From a virus (lineage: Duplodnaviria > Caudoviricetes), in the IMG/VR virus record IMGVR_UViG_3300034894_000006, positions 1 through 55,967 of that record: a stretch of DNA of 55,967 nt; one strand, given 5' to 3'. The notes beneath the pieces are model-generated. The model made no database searches. It was given only the letters and a program-made list of their open reading frames with translations, and was not told where the DNA came from. The position numbers and the translations under genes were made by a program. Positions 22,777 through 31,146 of this stretch are shown here, in pieces (positions within the stretch are counted from its first letter, which is position 1; each line of letters opens with the position of its first letter).

Positions 22777-24660
22777 TTGCTGTCATCTGTTTGGCAAAAC
22801 CCCAAACTTCCCCCGTGGCTGAGCAGCCCGGACAAGGGGGAGAGGTTCCTGGGGAACAATTACCTGGTGCTGGACTTCGAGACAACGAATCTCGAAAAGG
22901 GCCATCCGAGGAACTTGAAAAACAGGCTCCTGATGGCTTCTTGGAGTCTGGGTCCAGGTCACCCTATGAGGAAGAAGTCTCGAAATACCTCGGGGTCAAA
23001 TGCGACCCCAAGTTTATCTTCTGATTATATAGTAGGAGATGAGTATGGGATGGCACGGCTGGTTGATGCTATCTGGGCTTCCGATTTTATTGTGTGCCAT
23101 AATGCTAAATTCGAGTTGGGCTGGCTTTCTAGGTGTGGTCTGGATACTAGTCGTGTGCTCTGCTGGTGTACACAGATTGCAGAATACGTGTATCTATCTA
23201 ATCGAAAAGGTGCGATCAATCTTGACGACACGTTAGCACGCCACGGTCTTGAGGGAAAGAAAAAACTAATAAGTATCTTATTGAAGGGAGGTATATGTCC
23301 AAGCGAAGTACCGAAAAGCCTGCTAATCAAGTACAACAAACAGGACGTGGAGCAGACGCATCGCCTGTTCCTATTACAGCGAGAGAAATACAGGAACTTA
23401 TTGCCGGTTATCTCGACCCGTTGCTACTCGGTGCCGATGTTGACGAGTTTAGAATGTACGGGTTTGCGACTAACGGACGAGTGTTTAACGTTGAGTTCCG
23501 TCGCGACGCAGGAACTGGAAAAGTTAGGACGAGATTTTACACAGATTACGAACGGCGTCAACTTCAATAGCCCGGACCAAGTTTGTAACTTTGTCTATGA
23601 TGTATTGAAGTTTGATGAACCAATAGATCCAAAAACAAGGGAGCCGTTTAAGACAAAGAAAGGTAAACGTACTGCCAATAAAGACGTCCTTGCTCTGTTG
23701 AGACCTAAAACAGCGGAGCAACGGACGTTCAAAGAATTACAAGCTAAATTGGCAAAGTGTGAAACAGATAAAGTATTTTTAGGTAAACTAGCCGACTGTT
23801 ATAACAATAATGATGGTATTCTGCACTTTAACTATAACAACACAGTTGTAAATACTGGGCGGCTTTCCTCTCAAGGTGGGATATTTAAAATACAAGGTCA
23901 AAACATCCCCCGCAAATACAAACGTCTTTTTGGTCCAAGTAAGTTAGGGAATTTAATAGGAGAATTGGATTATCCAAATCTAGAATGGAGGGTAGCGGGA
24001 CATTATGGCAGAGATACAAGACTTCTCAGTGACGTACTTTCAGGATTTGACGTCCATAAGTTTTCAGCTAGCGTCTTCGGAATTAGTAGACAAGCTGCCA
24101 AAGCTGAGACCTTTAGACCTCTTTTCGGAAGTAAAGGCTCTACTCCGAAACAACGGAAGTATGCAATTGCCTTTAGAGAACGGTGGTCTGGAGTCGATAG
24201 GATTCAGCGTGCTTGGGCACAACACTGCCTCAATACAGGTGAAGTTGTTACAGAGACAGGGTGGAAATTTTATTGGCCTGCAAAGTTAACCCATAATGGG
24301 TATATTGAATATACTACGAAAATCTATGATTATCCTATTCAATATTTAGCAGGGGCAGAGTTAACGATGATGGCGTGTTTGATCATGTGGTACCTAGGTT
24401 CGTCTATGGATAGTTTCATGGTCAACACAGTACACGATTCTAATATATGGGAGGTGGTTCCTAATGAAGCTGAGGATTGGAGGCAACTGGGTCTTGACTG
24501 TTTTACTACGCACGTGTATAATTATATGCTTCACCAGTATGGGATTAGTTTTTTTATACCTCTTGGAGCAGATAGCAAAGTCGGTCCTCTATGGTCTGTA
24601 GGTGAAGAAAGAAAGATAGACGTTACGGTGGATGGTAAGATTTTAGAAGTAAGGAGATAG
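22777..24660 (+). CDS. polA: Family A DNA polymerase with 3'-5' exonuclease
   Basis: DFET, HNAKFE, Y..QDV; TGRLSS, QNIP, DYPNLEWR, R..AK...F, VHDS; AAGGAGG SD + TTG. Confidence 0.95.
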   Translation: MLSSVWQNPKLPPWLSSPDKGERFLGNNYLVLDFETTNLEKGHPRNLKNRLLMASWSLGPGHPMRKKSRNTSGSNATPSLSSDYIVGDEYGMARLVDAIWASDFIVCHNAKFELGWLSRCGLDTSRVLCWCTQIAEYVYLSNRKGAINLDDTLARHGLEGKKKLISILLKGGICPSEVPKSLLIKYNKQDVEQTHRLFLLQREKYRNLLPVISTRCYSVPMLTSLECTGLRLTDECLTLSSVATQELEKLGRDFTQITNGVNFNSPDQVCNFVYDVLKFDEPIDPKTREPFKTKKGKRTANKDVLALLRPKTAEQRTFKELQAKLAKCETDKVFLGKLADCYNNNDGILHFNYNNTVVNTGRLSSQGGIFKIQGQNIPRKYKRLFGPSKLGNLIGELDYPNLEWRVAGHYGRDTRLLSDVLSGFDVHKFSASVFGISRQAAKAETFRPLFGSKGSTPKQRKYAIAFRERWSGVDRIQRAWAQHCLNTGEVVTETGWKFYWPAKLTHNGYIEYTTKIYDYPIQYLAGAELTMMACLIMWYLGSSMDSFMVNTVHDSNIWEVVPNEAEDWRQLGLDCFTTHVYNYMLHQYGISFFIPLGADSKVGPLWSVGEERKIDVTVDGKILEVRR

Positions 24661-24662
24661 AA

Positions 24663-24860
24663 ATGGCAAGTATTAATGTTCGCAAGTCTGCGAACGGTGT
24701 GTTTTTGGTCACGGTGTATCGTGATAGGGACGAGGATATGGGGCTAGGTGGGCGTGGCACAGAAGAGCACGCTTTCTTGACGTTGCCCAAGTTGATGAAG
24801 TTTGTTAAGCAGTTTTACGTGGAGCAAACGGCTCCAGTGGAGGTTGTGATAGATGCCTAA
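24663..24860 (+). CDS. Hypothetical protein
   Basis: AAGGAG SD. Confidence 0.7.
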   Translation: MASINVRKSANGVFLVTVYRDRDEDMGLGGRGTEEHAFLTLPKLMKFVKQFYVEQTAPVEVVIDA

Positions 24861-25404
24861 GTTTCGTGGTGTAGTTTCGAAGTTGTTGACTAAAGATTGG
24901 CAAGATAAAACGTTCCACTCGTTCATGATTGAGAACGAGAAGGGTTCGTTTGGTACAGGCGTTAAGCGCTACTCGAATGCGCAAGTTGGTAATGCGATTG
25001 AATTCGAGGCGGAGAAGAATGCCAAGGGGTATTGGGAAGTTAAGGGTGATGTACTTACCATAGAGCTTCCGCACGCTACGGTTGCCACAGGCGCAGCCCC
25101 GAAGGTTGTTGTGGATTGGGATGCCAAGGATCGAATCATCCAACTTCAATCTTGCCGCAATTCCGCGATAGCCCTGGTTGATGTAATGATAAAGAATGGT
25201 TTCGTTAAACTTCCCACTAAGAAGGATGAACAATATGACGCAGTCCGAGAACTCGTCGCCGAGATTACGGAACAGTTTACTGAGGAAAATGCGAAGGTTA
25301 GAGCGGGAAAAACCTTTCGAGATACGACCCCCGAAAGTGAAGCCTCTAGCGAGAGCGATACAACGGATAATTCTACTGGATTTAGTGAGGCTACATGGGA
25401 GTAA
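24853..25404 (+). CDS. Putative ssDNA-binding protein
   Basis: OB-like N-terminus; acidic tail ending ...TWE; position after the polymerase. Confidence 0.5.
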   Translation: MPKFRGVVSKLLTKDWQDKTFHSFMIENEKGSFGTGVKRYSNAQVGNAIEFEAEKNAKGYWEVKGDVLTIELPHATVATGAAPKVVVDWDAKDRIIQLQSCRNSAIALVDVMIKNGFVKLPTKKDEQYDAVRELVAEITEQFTEENAKVRAGKTFRDTTPESEASSESDTTDNSTGFSEATWE

Positions 25405-25661
25405 GGCAAGTGTACGAGATCAATCCTGATCGAGTGATACATGAAACCGACGTCTACGTTGTGGACGTCGGGCCTTATCCCGAAGAGCAACTAGATTGCT
25501 ACAGGGTCTGGAACAAGTATCATAATGTGCTAGAGCACGCTCACAGTATGTTCTTTTTCGCTGTTCAGTGGGCAAACGAAGCTACCAGAACTTACAAAGC
25601 TATGGATAATAACGGTGCGCCACCACAAACAGATGAGAATGACCTACCGGAGGTTAACTAA
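25395..25661 (+). CDS. Hypothetical protein
   Basis: GAGG SD; overlap coupling. Confidence 0.65.
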   Translation: MGVRQVYEINPDRVIHETDVYVVDVGPYPEEQLDCYRVWNKYHNVLEHAHSMFFFAVQWANEATRTYKAMDNNGAPPQTDENDLPEVN

Positions 25662-25861
25662 TGTTTGAGCTAATTAGTATAATACTTGCGACGATAGTTC
25701 TTTTACTCTATATATGGGGCCGATCCAATCATCAAGCTTGTACGTTACTGTGGTTAGACAACCATAGACTTAAGCAAGAACTTAAAGAAGCTAGAACAGA
25801 GTACGAACTTTACAAGATGGAGATAGTGAATAGTCTTGGAAACCACAACGGTATGGAATAA
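25661..25861 (+). CDS. Small protein with N-terminal TM helix and coiled coil
   Basis: TAATG coupling; GGAGG SD. Confidence 0.65.
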   Translation: MFELISIILATIVLLLYIWGRSNHQACTLLWLDNHRLKQELKEARTEYELYKMEIVNSLGNHNGME

Positions 25862-26735
25862 TAACGAAGAAATCTATGACCTAGATGTAGTTCTATTCAG
25901 GGGGTGTTTTGCCGCAGAGAAGAAGATCTATTACGCAGAACTACCAGACAAAGGTGTAATCCAGTTTAGTAGTAAAAAAGAATACAACGAGTGGTTAAAA
26001 ACAGATCCAGGAACTTCTGAATTCTGGGTAGAGCACGTTGTAGAGCCCGTAGAAAATGCCATCCAAAACTGTAAAACAATAATAGAGGGGTGTCATAATG
26101 CACTTGGTGGTTTATCGCAACGCTTCTTTTTGTCCGGTCCAAATAATTTCCGTTATGGAATTGCCACGGTCAAACCTTATAAGGGTAATCGTGACCCGAA
26201 GCATCGTCCTGTGTGGCTCCAAGAGGCGCGTGATTGGGCGGTAAAGCATCTCTTTGCAGATATTGCCGATGGTTGCGAAGCCGACGATCTAGTAGGGATT
26301 GCCTCGGTGCGAAACCCCCAAAGTGTCATCATATCAAACGACAAGGACCTAGGCCAACTCGTAGGGTGGCACTATAACTTTGTTACTAAAGAGGGACCAT
26401 ATTATGTCAGTCCAAAAGACGCAAAACTATTCTTCTACGAGCAAGTTATTGCAGGAGATTCAACAGACAATATCCCAGGACTTGAGGGTGTTGGACCTGC
26501 TGGAGCACGACGACTCCTTGAGGGAGTATCTTCGCCAAGCGAAGCTGAGAATAGAGCTCTTGCAGCATATAGAGAGAAGTACGGAAAAGGTGAAGGAGAC
26601 CGAAGATTCCTCGAAACTGGTAGACTCGTCAAAATCCGTACAAGCGTGGAAGAAACTCTATGGGAGCCAAAGTGGGTAAAGCTGGAAATTCCTCACGAAA
26701 CAAATACGGACAATCCGGTGGATTTTCCTAAGTGA
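25836..26735 (+). CDS. 5'-3' exonuclease (T7 gp6/FEN-like)
   Basis: NFR, YKGNR, EADD, DKD, GDSTDNIPG..GVG. Confidence 0.92.
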   Translation: METTTVWNNNEEIYDLDVVLFRGCFAAEKKIYYAELPDKGVIQFSSKKEYNEWLKTDPGTSEFWVEHVVEPVENAIQNCKTIIEGCHNALGGLSQRFFLSGPNNFRYGIATVKPYKGNRDPKHRPVWLQEARDWAVKHLFADIADGCEADDLVGIASVRNPQSVIISNDKDLGQLVGWHYNFVTKEGPYYVSPKDAKLFFYEQVIAGDSTDNIPGLEGVGPAGARRLLEGVSSPSEAENRALAAYREKYGKGEGDRRFLETGRLVKIRTSVEETLWEPKWVKLEIPHETNTDNPVDFPK

Positions 26736-27235
26736 GATTTAATAAATACACACTAAAGAGAGGTAACAAGAAAAGTATTCAAGTTAGATCAAAGCTAGAG
26801 GCTAAGGTTCTTTATCAACTAGAGAAAGAGAAGGTAGACTATAAGTATGAACCCCGAAAACTCGAATGGTTCGATAAAATCGGTGGAAGTAGGTGCGAGG
26901 ATTGTGGCTCAAAGAATATTAGCAAACGTCGTCTATACCTCCCTGACGTTATACTTGGAACAGGCACAGTGCTTGAGATCAAGGGGAAGTTCACTTCCCG
27001 AGATCGTAAGCTTGCTAAAGGAATTAGAGCAAGATATCCAAAACTGGACTTCCGATACGTGTTTGACAAAGATAATAAACTTAGTAAAAACACAACCACG
27101 AGATACTCCGACTGGTGCAAAGCTCAAGGTATCCTTTGTTGCTTTAAGGGAGTTATTTCAAAAGAATGGTTAGATACTTTCAAAGGAATCTCTCAAGCAT
27201 CAACGTCTATGGAACAGCAAACGACAAACCAATGA
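26732..27235 (+). CDS. Endonuclease I-like Holliday junction resolvase
   Basis: RSKLE, YLPD, LEIKG, Y.DWC; inserted CxxC. Confidence 0.88.
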   Translation: MRFNKYTLKRGNKKSIQVRSKLEAKVLYQLEKEKVDYKYEPRKLEWFDKIGGSRCEDCGSKNISKRRLYLPDVILGTGTVLEIKGKFTSRDRKLAKGIRARYPKLDFRYVFDKDNKLSKNTTTRYSDWCKAQGILCCFKGVISKEWLDTFKGISQASTSMEQQTTNQ

Positions 27236-27534
27236 TCTATAAAGGATTTACAGAGTTGACAGAAAATGAAAAGATAGCAGCCGATATACTTTATCGTGAA
27301 TTCGGATCTAAAGACCCGCTACACCTGCAAGTACAAGGTGCTCACTACAAGAACTTGAAGATACAACCGGTGGAATATGCTCACGCAAACCAACTAGATT
27401 GGTTCCAAGGAGAGTCCATCAAATACATAACAAGACACAAGGATAAGAACAAATCGGACGATATAAAGAAGGCAATTCACATACTACAGATCTACTTGAA
27501 GTTGGAGTATGGAGAAACCTATGAGTTGAAATGA
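27232..27534 (+). CDS. DUF3310 / T7 gp1.7-like protein
   Basis: QVQGAHYK...IQPVEY...G..IKYITR..DKN..DI.KA. Confidence 0.8.
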   Translation: MIYKGFTELTENEKIAADILYREFGSKDPLHLQVQGAHYKNLKIQPVEYAHANQLDWFQGESIKYITRHKDKNKSDDIKKAIHILQIYLKLEYGETYELK

Positions 27535-27692
27535 ATAAATTAGACATAAATCATATTCTAGAATTTCTAGACGAAGTGGAGGCCCTATACGAGGCAGATA
27601 GTGACGGGGACTACATCCCGGAGTACATAGAGGATTACGTAAAAAGTATCCGACTAATACTATTAGAAGAAGAAGCGGAGGATACTAAATAG
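27531..27692 (+). CDS. Acidic 53-aa protein (not in the ORF track)
   Basis: ATGA overlap; MNKLDINHILEFLDEVEALYEADSDGD... Confidence 0.55.
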   Translation: MNKLDINHILEFLDEVEALYEADSDGDYIPEYIEDYVKSIRLILLEEEAEDTK

Positions 27693-27845
27693 TGGAATAT
27701 ACAGTTACGGTAGAGTTTTATTTTGATGCTATTAATACGTTTGATGCAGAGATGCAGTTTGTAGACAATGTCGAAGTACCGATGGCCATTGATATGGCTA
27801 TAGTGGGAATAGAGCCCACCAAGTTTCCTGAGGTCCATACTCTAA

Positions 27846-28565
27846 GTGAGTAAACCATTAATATTGGATCTTGAGACTTCGGGACTTAATGCAAACAGGG
27901 GTCATATCCTTTGTGCGGCGGCAAAGTGGTATGGAGAAAAACCAACACTAATTTGGAGAATTGATGATACACCTGATTTTGGGACTACTCCTAAATCTTA
28001 CTTTGACGACAGTGTTATTGTTCGAGATATTGTCACATTGGTCTCTCAAGCCCCGGCTGTTGTTGCTTACTACGGTGGCTATGGGAAGTTCGATATTCCT
28101 TTCCTTAACACCAGAGCACTGGCTCATGGGTTGGAGCCTTGTCCTCAGCTCTCTATCATTGATCCGTATACTACGGCTCGTGGGAAGCTCAAGCTCGAAC
28201 GAAATGGACTCGGAGCTGTAGCAGAGCTGCTTAATACAAGAGACAAGTATCACCTTCCTTGGAAGGATTGGCAACTTGCTAAGTATGGGGATCGTAAGGC
28301 TATGAATAAGCTGATCAAGTACTGTGTGAACGACATCAAGTGCTTGGAAGAGGTTTATACAGCTCTATTGCCGTTGATGAATACGCACCCGTATGTGGCA
28401 GATCCTACAACCATTAATCCGGAGCACGTGCATCGGCAATGCCCTGCGTGCGGTAGTACGAGATCAAAGAGTAAGGGGCGTAGGTTTACAAGAAGTTTCG
28501 TGGTAATGCGGAGGCAATGTAAGGAATGCAAACACAATTTCCAGAGCGGAAGACAGAAAGTCTAG
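27846..28565 (+). CDS. DEDD/RNase H-like exonuclease with C-terminal Zn ribbon
   Basis: LDLETSG, KFDIPF, YC.ND; CPAC...CKEC. Confidence 0.85.
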   Translation: MSKPLILDLETSGLNANRGHILCAAAKWYGEKPTLIWRIDDTPDFGTTPKSYFDDSVIVRDIVTLVSQAPAVVAYYGGYGKFDIPFLNTRALAHGLEPCPQLSIIDPYTTARGKLKLERNGLGAVAELLNTRDKYHLPWKDWQLAKYGDRKAMNKLIKYCVNDIKCLEEVYTALLPLMNTHPYVADPTTINPEHVHRQCPACGSTRSKSKGRRFTRSFVVMRRQCKECKHNFQSGRQKV

Positions 28566-28677
28566 AGTATCGTGACAAAACTTGGAGATCAGTTCCAATG
28601 CCTGTGGACTATACGTGTCCTTGTGGTATTTACGTTCATCCAACACGTAGGAATATGGAAGCAAAACATATTGAAGA

Positions 28678-29103
28678 TTGTCCATATTATATAACATGAC
28701 ATGGCACTGGGGTAGTAAGGACGGAGGTCCTGACAGTAACTCTTGGGTATGGGGCTTGGAGTTAAAGAATTGGTTTTCCATACTGGTAGTTAAGTTTGAT
28801 GGTCCCTCTGAGCGTACAGTAATGCACAATCACGCATTTAATTCATTATCATTCCTACTAAAAGGAGAACTGCATGAAGTACGTTGTACGCCTGGGCCTC
28901 TCAATCATTATACTCACCACTTTCATCGTTGCTTTGCAAAGCCTATTTGGACCTCTAGAAATACGTTGCACGAAGTCCACGATATCGCAGCAAACACATA
29001 TGTCTTGTCATTTAGGGGTAAGTGGCAAGATACGTGGGAGGAATATAACCCCTACACCAACGAGTTCGTTACACTAACACACGGGAGAAAGAAAATTGAG
29101 TAA
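28678..29103 (+). CDS. Cupin-like protein
   Basis: HNHAFN..S.LLKG...E...H pattern. Confidence 0.6.
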   Translation: MSILYNMTWHWGSKDGGPDSNSWVWGLELKNWFSILVVKFDGPSERTVMHNHAFNSLSFLLKGELHEVRCTPGPLNHYTHHFHRCFAKPIWTSRNTLHEVHDIAANTYVLSFRGKWQDTWEEYNPYTNEFVTLTHGRKKIE

Positions 29104-29734
29104 GACGCACATATTGTTTATATTGGATAGAAGCGGTAGCATGACATCTAGAGCTGCGGACGCTGTAGGAGGGTTCAATTCGTATTTGAAGGAACTGCGC
29201 GTCGCACCTAACGGTAAGCGAGTTACGTTGCTGCAGTTTGATAATAAGTTTGAGTACACCTACGAGAAAGCTTCTGTACAAGAGTGTACCGACCTTGTTA
29301 ACGGAGACACGTATAAGCCGCGAGGTAACACCGCTCTCTTGGATGCTATTGGTCTTGGCATGGACAAGCTTAATAACAAGAAGCGCGTTCTAGTGGTGAT
29401 CTACACCGACGGCGAAGAGAATGCAAGCAAGCAGTTCTCGGCAGAGCAAATAAAGACAAAGATAGCAGAAGCAAAGACTAGAGGGTGGGAAGTAGTATTC
29501 ATGGCTTCTGAACCGAAAGCTGTATATTATGCTCGTGGAGCGATGGGTATGTCCCTAGATCGTACTGCGTTTGTGGATAATGCGTATCTGGGAACCGCTA
29601 ATAACAACTTCAATGCGCTGAGGTCCTATACTGAGGCATATGCTTCGTCTGCGGATATGTCTTCGTTTAATCTCCAAACAGCTGTGGATAACCACGTAAA
29701 GGGGGCAGATGAAGCCAACAAACCGTCGAGTTAA
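29096..29734 (+). CDS. von Willebrand factor A domain protein
   Basis: MIDAS DRSGSM, T.LLDA, TDGEEN. Confidence 0.9.
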   Translation: MSKTHILFILDRSGSMTSRAADAVGGFNSYLKELRVAPNGKRVTLLQFDNKFEYTYEKASVQECTDLVNGDTYKPRGNTALLDAIGLGMDKLNNKKRVLVVIYTDGEENASKQFSAEQIKTKIAEAKTRGWEVVFMASEPKAVYYARGAMGMSLDRTAFVDNAYLGTANNNFNALRSYTEAYASSADMSSFNLQTAVDNHVKGADEANKPSS

Positions 29735-29871
29735 GTACTGGTTTCGAGGTAAGTTGTGGGGCACCATAGAGCACGGCAAACTGGAGCTATCTGAAGAATC
29801 TAAGTTGTTCCTAGCGAAGGAGAACAACCGTAGATTGACGTTGGAAGCAGAACTACGTAGGTTAATGGGTA

Positions 29872-30156
29872 GTGATAGTTCGTAAACTAAGATATAGTCC
29901 CATGAGTTTCCCTAAGGACTACACCAAAGCTTTGTCACAAGGCAATGTTTGGTACTACGAAACGTTTTACACGTCCTTGGGGGAGTCCCTACATCTCGCA
30001 GGTAGTAACCCATTCTTTGACTACCTAGGAGACATCATAGTAGGTATTGCTCAACAAATAGATACCCACGAAGATACTTTAAAGTTAAGGAGGCAGGGCA
30101 TAATAACAATAACAAGGAAGTCCTCGATATCGGACGATACAACAAGAAGTTCCTAG
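29872..30156 (+). CDS. Hypothetical protein
   Basis: ORF near the end of the + strand arm. Confidence 0.45.
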   Translation: MIVRKLRYSPMSFPKDYTKALSQGNVWYYETFYTSLGESLHLAGSNPFFDYLGDIIVGIAQQIDTHEDTLKLRRQGIITITRKSSISDDTTRSS

Positions 30157-30325
30157 AGCGGTGGGCCTCTATATACTGTAGTATATATTTGGACAAAGAA
30201 AAAGGCCCATTAGCTGCGAAAGCTTGGGCCTTTAATCTAGGCTTCGATAAGGAAGGTCTTAGAGAATTAAGGAGCTACATAAAGAACGAATTCCAGAAGC
30301 GTGGATTTAATAGTACGTAAACGAT

Positions 30326-30354
30326 AAGGGGAGCTTAGTGCTCCCCTTTCTTTT
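30326..30354. terminator. Terminator at the convergence of the two genome arms
   Basis: aaggggagc-ttagt-gctcccctt followed by T-rich sequence. Confidence 0.8.
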
Positions 30355-30426
30355 GCTTACCTAGTATATAGCCGATTAAACCGGCAAATACCATAAACAC
30401 CAACATTAACTCAAATGGGTAACCCA

Positions 30427-30636
30427 TTATGCACCCTGGTGCTTAGCACGCATCCTACCGTAGATAGCAGCGCCAGCGAGGAAACCTTGCACAACAGCAT
30501 CCCACTCAGTCGGCAACACATCCACCCCTACTGCTGAAAGTAGCGGCAATATAGTCGTACCAACAGCAGCTAGGTTAGTTAGTTTACCTTTAAGAAATTT
30601 AGCAGCAAGTGCCTTAGCTAGAAGCTTTTTAAACAT
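30427..30636 (-). CDS. Holin-like membrane protein
   Basis: Two hydrophobic segments, basic ends, near the endolysin. Confidence 0.55.
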   Translation of the reverse strand: MFKKLLAKALAAKFLKGKLTNLAAVGTTILPLLSAVGVDVLPTEWDAVVQGFLAGAAIYGRMRAKHQGA

Positions 30637-30799
30637 TTTTCTGTCCTTTTATTTTTAACCAATACAAATATACACTCAAACATATCGCAACAAGACCTAT
30701 AACGGCTGTTACGAACTGGATTACCTCTGTGGCAGGGCCAAGTACGGAGTATATCCAAGACGCCCATCCACCAACCATGATACCGCCTTCTTTATTCAT
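30629..30799 (-). CDS. Small membrane protein, holin candidate (not in the ORF track)
   Basis: ATGA overlap with endolysin; MNKEGGIMVGGWASWIY...LYWLKIKGQKNV. Confidence 0.55.
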   Translation of the reverse strand: MNKEGGIMVGGWASWIYSVLGPATEVIQFVTAVIGLVAICLSVYLYWLKIKGQKNV

Positions 30800-31146
30800 T
30801 TTACGCCTTCATGTTCAATACTAAAGTGTACGCTGTCCCTTTTTTTAAAATCCCCACCCCATCTATGATCTTGACCCATGCTTTTCCATTTAGCGCCTAA
30901 AGGCCTATAATCTTCTATATTCCATGTTAGAGCACTATTTTTAAATAGGTTGATATCTACCGCAAGTCGTTTTATATGCAAACTATTAGATATTCCTATT
31001 TTTGCTTCTGCATTTGCCCGAGCTTGTTCGGGAGGTCTCCAAACCTCTCCTAGAGTTATTTCATAACCTTGGTTATAGATCCACACTATAAACTCTCCCA
31101 ACCTTAAGGCAAACCTACTCTGCTTCTGGCGCAACGTTTCGGGCAC
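30796..31146 (-). CDS. Endolysin, peptidase M15 family
   Basis: R....Q, SLH...AVD, WGGDF..D..HF. Confidence 0.9.
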   Translation of the reverse strand: MPETLRQKQSRFALRLGEFIVWIYNQGYEITLGEVWRPPEQARANAEAKIGISNSLHIKRLAVDINLFKNSALTWNIEDYRPLGAKWKSMGQDHRWGGDFKKRDSVHFSIEHEGVK

